64,000 nucleotides of DNA, taken from Candidatus Latescibacterota bacterium (GTDB lineage: Bacteria > Krumholzibacteriota > Krumholzibacteriia > WVZY01 > JAKEHA01). The stretch is from assembly GCA_963707635.1 (NCBI GenBank), contig OY970173.1, forward strand, positions 800,001-864,000. The letters run 5' to 3'. A model generated the notes under the pieces. The model was not told the origin of the DNA. It was given only the letters and a program-made list of their open reading frames with translations, and searched no databases. The position numbers were made by a program, and so were the translations under genes. The first letter of the stretch is position 1. Every line of letters begins with the position of its first letter. Of this stretch, positions 57,070-64,000 are shown in pieces.

Positions 57070-57972
57070 TCATGCCCGCATGTAGCCCTCGAGGTACTGG
57101 GCGCGGGTCGAATGGCGCAGGCGCTGGATCGCCCGCTCCTTGATCTGACGGACGCGCTCGCGCGTGAGCTTCAGGCGCTTGCCGATCTCCTCGAGCGTCA
57201 TGGGGGCGTCGCCGCTCAAGCCGAAGTAGAGCGACAGGATGTGGCGCTGTCGTTCGGTCAGCGTGCACAACACCCGCGCGAGGTCGTCGCTCAACGCGGC
57301 GGCGTAGGCGCCGGCATCCGGCGATGCTTGGGTTTCGTCGGTGAGATAGTCGACCAGCGCGGTGTCGTCCCTCTCGTCCGAGCGCGGGTCGTCCAGCGAG
57401 ACATGCGTGTTCGCGATGGCCATCGTGTCGGCGACTTCCTTCGCCGGGAGGTCGAGCCGCGCCGCGATCTCGTCGGCGCTCGGCGCCCGGCCGAGTTCCT
57501 GGTCGAGCTGGCGCGACACCTTGCCGATCCGGTACAGCGTGCCCGCCCGGTTCAGGGGCAGGCGCACGATCCGCGAGTGCTCGGCCAGCGCCTGCAGCAT
57601 CGCCTGGCGGATCCACCACACGGCGTAGGAAACGAACTTGAACCCTTTTTCGCCGTCGAAGCGATGCGCCGCCTTGATCAGGCCCAGGTTCCCCTCGTTG
57701 ATGAGGTCCTCCAGCGACAGGCCCTGATTCGCGTACTGCTTCGCGATCGAGACCACGAAGCGGAGGTTGGCGCGAACGAGCCAATCTAGCGCGTCCTTGT
57801 CACCGCTGCGAATCCGGATCGACAGGTCCCGCTCCTGCTCGCGCGTCAACAGCGGCGTGCGATTGATTTCGTGGAGATAGAGCACCAGGCTCCGACTGCC
57901 GGCCCCGGTTGTCGGCCTCCTCGCGACACTGGCTCGCGACGTCCAACGTTCGCTCAATTCGTGTGCTCGCAT
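57070..57972 (-). CDS. Sigma70-family (RpoD/RpoS-like, no region 1.1) sigma factor
   Basis: ANLRFVVSIAK.Y, DLINEGN.GL, SYAVWWIRQ, TLEEIG....LTRERVRQI. Confidence 0.95.
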   Translation of the reverse strand: MRAHELSERWTSRASVARRPTTGAGSRSLVLYLHEINRTPLLTREQERDLSIRIRSGDKDALDWLVRANLRFVVSIAKQYANQGLSLEDLINEGNLGLIKAAHRFDGEKGFKFVSYAVWWIRQAMLQALAEHSRIVRLPLNRAGTLYRIGKVSRQLDQELGRAPSADEIAARLDLPAKEVADTMAIANTHVSLDDPRSDERDDTALVDYLTDETQASPDAGAYAAALSDDLARVLCTLTERQRHILSLYFGLSGDAPMTLEEIGKRLKLTRERVRQIKERAIQRLRHSTRAQYLEGYMRA

Positions 57973-58107
57973 GTTGTCATCCTCCTTAGCGGTTTGTTTT
58001 GGCGGGCGGCCAGCCGTACCAGCGCCCCCTTATACCGGTGAAGACCGCTGTACGCCGGTAACGGCTGCCCCGCCCGCCTCCCGACCGGAGAACCCGGATG
58101 TCGCTGG

Positions 58108-58515
58108 CTATCGCCCCTCCATGCCCAGCGAATCCGGGCTGACACGGACGCTTTGCTGCCGAACGGTGTCCGTCAGATCCACGTACCGTTTCTCCAAATC
58201 GAGATACTCGGACTCCAGGCTGGTCTTGGCCTCGCTCCACTGCGGCTCCGAAGCGTCTGACAGCGAAGCCACCCTCGCCCGGAACTCGCGCTGACTACGC
58301 TGCAGATTCGAGATCTCCCCGGCGCGCGCAACCGCGACCGTATCCGCGGCTTCGCGCGCAAGCGCATCGGTTCTCCGTTCGAGCTGGGCCAGCTTGGTTT
58401 CCATCACGATCTGGAATTGCCTCTTCTGTTGTCGGGCCTGCGTCTGCTCCCGTCCGCCGCATCCACCCGCGAGAGTGGCCACGAGCAGCAACGACAGCCC
58501 GTAGCGCGGCGTCAT
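58108..58515 (-). CDS. Small helical lipoprotein
   Basis: AAGGAG RBS; lipobox AGGC; coiled-coil pattern. Confidence 0.65.
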   Translation of the reverse strand: MTPRYGLSLLLVATLAGGCGGREQTQARQQKRQFQIVMETKLAQLERRTDALAREAADTVAVARAGEISNLQRSQREFRARVASLSDASEPQWSEAKTSLESEYLDLEKRYVDLTDTVRQQSVRVSPDSLGMEGR

Positions 58516-58552
58516 CGTCTCGACTCCTTCTTGTTCATTCCGCTCCTGCCGA

Positions 58553-59293
58553 CTACGCGCCGGTCGCGCAGATCGACGTTCGGTACAACCCCTCGGGATC
58601 GTGCACGCACAAATGGCGGTCGTGAACGCCGAGCCACCCTCGCCGCCGGAACTGATTCAGCGTGCTGCTGGTAACCTCGCGCGTCGCGCCGGTCATGTTC
58701 GCGATGTCCTGTTGCGTAAACAGCACGCTGATCGTCGTCCCGCAGGCGAGCGCGCTTGGAAACTCCTTGCACAGCCGCAGCAAAATGCGGGCGGTTCGCG
58801 CCGGGACCGTGCCGACGCTCAACTCGTCCAACCGGTCTTCCATCTGTAGAAGCCGAAGTTTTCGGATCTGGGAGATGTCGGACATTAGCTTCGTCGGACC
58901 GACGATCTGCTCGAGGTCACAAGACCGCATGCACGCGGTGACGCACGGCTGGAGCGCCACGGTGTTGACGTCGACCCGGGTGCCCGACACGGCGGCGCCG
59001 AAGTACTCTCCGGGCTTGATGAGATAGAGAAGGGTTTCCGTCCCGTTGCTGTCGAGCCGGGACGCCTTGGCGAGTCCGTGGGTCAGGAAGCACAGGCAGC
59101 CGCTGGTGTCCCTCGGCAGGGGAATTCGCTGCCGCCTCTCGACGACCTGGAATCGCGCGACCCCGGCCACCCGCAAGAGATCCGCGGGGGACAGATTCTG
59201 GAATGGCTCGAGTCTTCGCAGCGAGGCGAACTCGAGAGTGCGTCGCGCATCGTCGCGCGTCGTGTTCCGGGTCTGAAGCGATAGGCTTGACAT
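58553..59293 (-). CDS. Crp/Fnr family regulator
   Basis: G..K, PGEYFG, R.AR.LL.L, TQQDIA.M.GATRE..S..L. Confidence 0.88.
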   Translation of the reverse strand: MSSLSLQTRNTTRDDARRTLEFASLRRLEPFQNLSPADLLRVAGVARFQVVERRQRIPLPRDTSGCLCFLTHGLAKASRLDSNGTETLLYLIKPGEYFGAAVSGTRVDVNTVALQPCVTACMRSCDLEQIVGPTKLMSDISQIRKLRLLQMEDRLDELSVGTVPARTARILLRLCKEFPSALACGTTISVLFTQQDIANMTGATREVTSSTLNQFRRRGWLGVHDRHLCVHDPEGLYRTSICATGA

Positions 59294-59449
59294 GAGTCGC
59301 CGCCTTTCTGTTCTCCGGCCGATTCCGCGGCTGCCTTCGAGAACGATAGCGCAAAGCTGTTGAACCGGTACTTAATTCGAGGTTAAGATACGTTCATCTC
59401 CGTCTAATCCGCTCGCCCAGTTGCCACCCAGCAGGAAGAGGTCCGGCCC

Positions 59450-60139
59450 GTGCGCGTACTCGTCCTCGAAGACAATCCCAAGATGGCGGAAGCGATCCGC
59501 AAGGGGCTGACGCAGCACAATCACACCGTGGACGTGCACAACAGCGGGTTCGAAGGCGAGGAAGCTGCTGCAGGAAGTGCCTACGACGTCATCCTCCTCG
59601 ACCTGATGCTGCCCGACCGCGACGGTATCGACGTCTGCCGGAACCTGCGCCGGCGAGGCGTGGCGACGCCCATCCTCATGCTGACCGCGTTGTCCGACAC
59701 CGAGACCAAGATCGCCGGGCTGGACGCGGGAGCGGACGACTACCTGACCAAGCCGTTCGAGTTCGAGGAACTGGTGGCGCGGATTCGCACGCTCGCGCGA
59801 CGCGGACAACCATCCGAAGCCGCGCTGCTCAAGTACGAGGACCTGGAGTTCGATCTGAGCAAGCGGGCCATCACCCGGGCGGGGCGCCCCATCCGCCTGT
59901 CGGCGAAAGAGACAGCGCTGCTCGAGTACTTCATGCGCAACCCGGACCGCGTGCTGACGCGACAGACGATTGCGGAGAAGGTCTGGGCGCTGGACTACCA
60001 GCCGGGCAGCAACGTCATCGACGTCCACGTTTCGGCGCTGCGGAAGAAGGTCGATCGGGGTTTCGATGCGACCTTGATCCACACCGTGGTCGGAGCCGGC
60101 TACCGATTTGGAAAGACCGACGGTGATCCCACCGTCTGA
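59450..60139 (+). CDS. OmpR-family response regulator
   Basis: LDLMLP..DG, GADDYL.KPF.F.EL.AR, SNVIDV....LR.K.D, HTV.G.GY. Confidence 0.95.
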   Translation: MRVLVLEDNPKMAEAIRKGLTQHNHTVDVHNSGFEGEEAAAGSAYDVILLDLMLPDRDGIDVCRNLRRRGVATPILMLTALSDTETKIAGLDAGADDYLTKPFEFEELVARIRTLARRGQPSEAALLKYEDLEFDLSKRAITRAGRPIRLSAKETALLEYFMRNPDRVLTRQTIAEKVWALDYQPGSNVIDVHVSALRKKVDRGFDATLIHTVVGAGYRFGKTDGDPTV

Positions 60140-60146
60140 TGCGGAA

Positions 60147-61562
60147 ATGGCGAAACTCCCGATTCGTTTCAAGCTGACCCTGTGGTTTCTGGCCATATTC
60201 GCCTCGATCTTTCTCGGGGTGAGCGCCACCATGTGGTTCCTCGGGCGCAACGCCCAGCGGCGCCTGCTCGACGACGGATTGCTCAGCCTGGCCAAGGGAG
60301 TCGGCACGTTGCTCGTGAAATTCGAAGGCGATTTCTCGGACCTCGACCTTCGCCCGTACCAGCCCGTGGACCGGGAATTCAGCCTGCTCGCCGTTCGCGA
60401 CAGCGTCGGCACGGTGCTGACGTCGGATATCCGGGTGGACACGGCGGCGCTTCCACCCATTCCGGAGTCCCCCTCGGAAAGCGTCATCAACAAGATCGAC
60501 GGCGACGTGGCGCGGCGGCTGGTCGGGCGCGCGATCGAAACCCGCATGGTCACGCACCGTCTGGTGTCGGCGGACGGCGGCGTGTTCTATCTCGACTTGG
60601 CGAGAACCACCGACGTCGGCCGCCGGCAGCGCCTGTTCTTCTCCGACGTTCTGTTCATGGCCGGGCTGGGCGGCCTGCTCTCGTCGACCATCGCCGCATG
60701 GATCCTGCTCGGGCGCGCCACGAGTCCGATCCTGCGGCTCGCCGAAGCGGCGAGGCGCGTGGGTCCCGAGGGGGAGCTGCGCCTGCCCGTCGATTCCAGA
60801 AGCAGCTACAGCGGCAGCGAAATCGAGCGCCTCCAAACCGCGCTCAACGAGGCGCTCGGACGGCTGGAGGAGGGTTATCGGGTGCGACAACAATTCCTGG
60901 CCAACGTGGCGCACGACTTGAAAACGCCCGTCAGCGTCATGCTCACACAATCGCAGGTTCTCCAGCCGGATGGGGCCAACCTGCAGGAGTTTCAGGCCTA
61001 CCGGCAGAGCATGGTCGACGAGTTGCGCCGGCTGCGCGGCATCATCGAAGGCATTCTCACGCTCTCCCGCGCGGATCAGGGCGAGGGCCTGCTGCGCCGC
61101 ACCGCCCTCTCCGTCAACACCATCGTGTCGCAGTGTGCCACCCGCGCTCGGCCGCAGGCGGAAGCTGCCAACGTCCGCGTCAAGACGACCCTGCTGGAAC
61201 GGTCGGAGCAGGGCGAGCTGAACGGCGACCTCGACTTGCTCTCGACGATGCTGGACAACCTCGTCCGCAACGCCATCCGTTTCTCGCCGCACCACGAGAC
61301 GGTCGACATTCGTGCCGAGCGTTCCGGCCACCACGTGCGTATCACGGTGCGGGATCGCGGGCCCGGCATCCCCCAGGCCTACGTCGACAAGATCTTCGAT
61401 CGTTTCGTCCAGGTCCCGACCACGGACGGCCGTCCTCGGGGAACCGGGCTCGGCCTGGCAATCGCCAAGGCGGTGTCGCTGGCGCACGGCGGCTCGATCG
61501 AGGTGCGCAACTGCGACGACGGGGGATGCGAATTCGCGCTGACGCTGCCGCTGCGTGATTGA
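60147..61562 (+). CDS. HAMP-domain sensor histidine kinase
   Basis: Two TM; AHDLKTP; NLVRNA; DRGPGI; GTGLGLAI. Confidence 0.93.
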   Translation: MAKLPIRFKLTLWFLAIFASIFLGVSATMWFLGRNAQRRLLDDGLLSLAKGVGTLLVKFEGDFSDLDLRPYQPVDREFSLLAVRDSVGTVLTSDIRVDTAALPPIPESPSESVINKIDGDVARRLVGRAIETRMVTHRLVSADGGVFYLDLARTTDVGRRQRLFFSDVLFMAGLGGLLSSTIAAWILLGRATSPILRLAEAARRVGPEGELRLPVDSRSSYSGSEIERLQTALNEALGRLEEGYRVRQQFLANVAHDLKTPVSVMLTQSQVLQPDGANLQEFQAYRQSMVDELRRLRGIIEGILTLSRADQGEGLLRRTALSVNTIVSQCATRARPQAEAANVRVKTTLLERSEQGELNGDLDLLSTMLDNLVRNAIRFSPHHETVDIRAERSGHHVRITVRDRGPGIPQAYVDKIFDRFVQVPTTDGRPRGTGLGLAIAKAVSLAHGGSIEVRNCDDGGCEFALTLPLRD

Positions 61563-61695
61563 CCGGTTTTTCCCCCGCCTCGGTCCCCTCGTGTAAGCGA
61601 GCGTACAGACTCCCGCCCGCCTGGACGCATTCTTACCTGTGCGAATCCTCGAACACTACACCTGCCCTCAAGGACCCAACCGCGGGAGGAACCAC

Positions 61696-62370
61696 ATGAA
61701 ACCCATAGGAATCGTGCTCGTGGCCGTGACGATGGTGATGGCAACGGGTTGCTCGAAGAAGGAGCTCATCGCCCAGAAGGACGCCGAAATTGCAGGACTG
61801 CGCGCGGATGTATCGCGCCTCGAGAGCGAAGCCGCCGAGCAGAAACGGGTGACGGACGACCTCAATACCCAGCTGGCGGACCTGCAGGAACAGAAGCGCG
61901 TGTGGGTGGAAGAAAAGGACGGCTTGACGTTCATCACCCTGGACGGATCGGCGACCTTCGCCACGGCCCAGGCCGACCTGACCACCGAAGGAACGGAGGT
62001 CCTCGACCGCGTCTGGAGCGTGCTCCAGAACTACCCCGACCGCCGCGTGCTGGTCGAGGGCCACACGGACAGCCGGCCCATCGCGCCGAGCTTTCGCTGG
62101 AAGTATGCGTCGAACTGGGAGCTATCGTCGGCGCGGGCCCACGCCGTGCTCCACTATCTGGAAGGCAAGTACGCCATCGAACCCACTCGTCTCGCAGCCG
62201 TCGGGTACGGCGAGAACGATCCCGTCGCCGACAACGAGAGCCCGGAGGGGCGCGCGCAGAACCGTCGCGTCGTCATCACCGTGGGGAGCAAGGCGTCGGT
62301 CGAGCAGCGCAAGTCGGAGGCACAGGTCAGCGCCGTCGGGGCGCCGGACCTCGAGCGGAGAAGCGACTAG
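61696..62370 (+). CDS. OmpA/MotB-like lipoprotein, paralogue of 56283-56930
   Basis: GCSKK.LIAQKDAEIA shared with the paralogue; EGHTD; NWELSSARA. Confidence 0.9.
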   Translation: MKPIGIVLVAVTMVMATGCSKKELIAQKDAEIAGLRADVSRLESEAAEQKRVTDDLNTQLADLQEQKRVWVEEKDGLTFITLDGSATFATAQADLTTEGTEVLDRVWSVLQNYPDRRVLVEGHTDSRPIAPSFRWKYASNWELSSARAHAVLHYLEGKYAIEPTRLAAVGYGENDPVADNESPEGRAQNRRVVITVGSKASVEQRKSEAQVSAVGAPDLERRSD

Positions 62371-62397
62371 GAGCAGGTGTGGTCAGAAGCAACTCAG

Positions 62398-62489
62398 TGG
62401 ACGATATATCGGGCGGAGCGCAATTTCACGAGGCGCGCTGTAGACAGTTGCGCGCGAGTGCATGAGCGCGGAGTCCGATATATCGTCCA
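62398..62489 (-). repeat. ~100-bp hairpin/MITE-like element, copy 2 (inverted)
   Basis: 15-bp perfect inverted repeat tggacgatatatcgg...ccgatatatcgtcca. Confidence 0.8.
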
Positions 62490-62500
62490 TCGAGCGGTCG

Positions 62501-64000
62501 CTAACGAACCACGACGAACTTCCGCGTCGCCTGCTCCTGGCCGGCGCGCACACGGATGAAGTAGACGCCCGCCGCCAGCGACGACGCGTCGATCGTCTCG
62601 GCCCCGGAGCCCGCGACGACGCTCTTCGCGGGGCGTGATAGCACACGGCGACCGGCGATGTCGAAGACGTCCACGTCGAGGGCGCCGTCCCGGTCGACGA
62701 CGTACTGGAACGTGAACGAATGCCGCGCCGGGTTCGGGAGCAGCGAGGTGACGGTCAGGAACGTCGGCGCGCGGTCGGCCACCGCCGTGGCGATGCTACC
62801 GCGCAGGATCTTGTTGTCGGGGTCGATCGCCACCGAAGTCGGCTGGGCTGCGACCGTCAGCTCGAATGTCTGTCTGCGCTGGTCGTTCTGGACCGTGAAT
62901 CGCTGTTCGCCTCCCGTCGTCTGCACCGCGATCACAACCGGCATCACGAACACGCTGATGTTCGATTGCCCCGGATTCGAGCCCGGTTGCTGGTATTGTT
63001 CGAGCGTGACCCACACCTTGTAGACCCCCAGATAGGGCTGCGAGAAGTTGTACGCGCGATACCGAGGGTAGCCGTTGCCGGTGGTCACCCACTGGCTGAA
63101 GAACACGTCGAGGTCCATCCCAGATACGGTTTCCGCCACGCGCTGAAAGTCGCTGGTCGTCGCCACGCCGTAGTGCACCGCCGGGTCGGCGGCGTAGGTC
63201 TTCAGGATGTCCTTGAAGTCCGCGTCGCCCACCACGTAACGAAGCATGTGCAGGACCACGCCGCCCTTCGCGTAGACGCGGTTGCCGTTGAACATGTTGG
63301 ACACGCTGGTGGTGTCTTCCAGCACCAGCGTGCCGACCGCGTCCAACGCACTGGTGTAGCGCGAGGCGATGAGCGTGGCGGCCGTGCCCGGATACGTGGC
63401 GGCTCGTTCTTCGAAGTAGATGATCTCCGCGTAGGTGGCGAACCCCTCGTTGAGCCACAGGTGCGGCCAGGTCTTCGGCGAGATGTTGTCCCCGAACCAC
63501 TGGTGCGCGAGCTCGTGCGCCACCAGCCCCGGCGTTGACCCGCCCAGCGATCCCATGGTCTGGTGCTCCATGCCGCCGCCGAACGTGCACTCGCTGTGAC
63601 CGTATTTTTCGTCCGCGAACGGGTATGGCCCGAACCAGTTCTCGAACACGTCGAGGTCGTCGCCCACGTTCGCCCAATTGGCGAAGAGGGCCGATGAGCC
63701 GTCGTTGTAGACGAGGTTGTCGAGCGGCATCGAGAGGACGCCGTAGAGCGCGGTGAGACCCGGAGAGCGCGTGTAGACACTCTGGTAACGCACGTACTCG
63801 CCGACCGCGACCGACACGAGGTAGTTCGATATCGGGTAGCGGGAGACCCAGTCGTAGGTGGTCATGCCGCCCCCGGACGTCTCGCCTTCGAGCAGCCCCT
63901 GGGATCCCACGCGGTACTGGGATGGCACGGTGACGGTCACGCGGACCGAATCGGCCTTGTCGGACGGGTGGTCCTTGCACGGCCACCACTCGCGGGCACC
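62501..64000 (-). CDS. M1 family aminopeptidase with C-terminal T9SS/FlgD-like domain (5' partial)
   Basis: GGMEH, HELAHQWFG, WLNEGFATY, Y.KG..VL.MLR; PNP...FDIAGR...GVYF. Confidence 0.93.
   Translation of the reverse strand, partial: GAREWWPCKDHPSDKADSVRVTVTVPSQYRVGSQGLLEGETSGGGMTTYDWVSRYPISNYLVSVAVGEYVRYQSVYTRSPGLTALYGVLSMPLDNLVYNDGSSALFANWANVGDDLDVFENWFGPYPFADEKYGHSECTFGGGMEHQTMGSLGGSTPGLVAHELAHQWFGDNISPKTWPHLWLNEGFATYAEIIYFEERAATYPGTAATLIASRYTSALDAVGTLVLEDTTSVSNMFNGNRVYAKGGVVLHMLRYVVGDADFKDILKTYAADPAVHYGVATTSDFQRVAETVSGMDLDVFFSQWVTTGNGYPRYRAYNFSQPYLGVYKVWVTLEQYQQPGSNPGQSNISVFVMPVVIAVQTTGGEQRFTVQNDQRRQTFELTVAAQPTSVAIDPDNKILRGSIATAVADRAPTFLTVTSLLPNPARHSFTFQYVVDRDGALDVDVFDIAGRRVLSRPAKSVVAGSGAETIDASSLAAGVYFIRVRAGQEQATRKFVVVR

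Noticed and set aside
56283..62370. Flagellar motB or T6SS tssL call for the OmpA-like pair
   Set aside because: They have lipoprotein signals rather than the MotB TM with conserved Asp, and there is no motA or T6SS context

Overview
GC-rich bacterial chromosomal window. FlgD-Ig/T9SS-like C-terminal domains and a C-terminal 'TTWGAVKALYR' motif suggest an FCB-group candidate phylum (inference). The left half (~1-30.7 kb) is a decaying integron-type cassette field of mostly + strand small genes (DUF1801, VOC, DinB, DUF3224, AKR, methyltransferase etc.). It has one intact attC, several amputated attC arms, an internally deleted mrr cassette, two intI 3'-end remnants, and four copies of a conserved element carrying a Pc-like promoter and/or attI-like site (inverted-integron layout). 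Minus-strand inserts include ArsR/SRPBCC, DJ-1, Acr3, a cation:proton antiporter, a di-haem protein and a secreted beta-propeller. The right half has an ECF sigma/Ser-Thr kinase pair, a frameshifted P-type ATPase and a full kdp operon led by a putative beta-barrel and a 26-aa peptide. Next is an uncharacterised cluster of two NTT-like translocases, an Omp85 barrel with an N-terminal kinase-like domain and two membrane Ser/Thr kinases. Last are a sigma70/Crp/two-component module bracketed by OmpA/MotB-like paralogues and two inverted ~100-bp hairpin elements, and a partial M1 aminopeptidase. Several genes carry small indels that could be sequencing error or decay. All calls come from reading motifs by eye; no searches were run.
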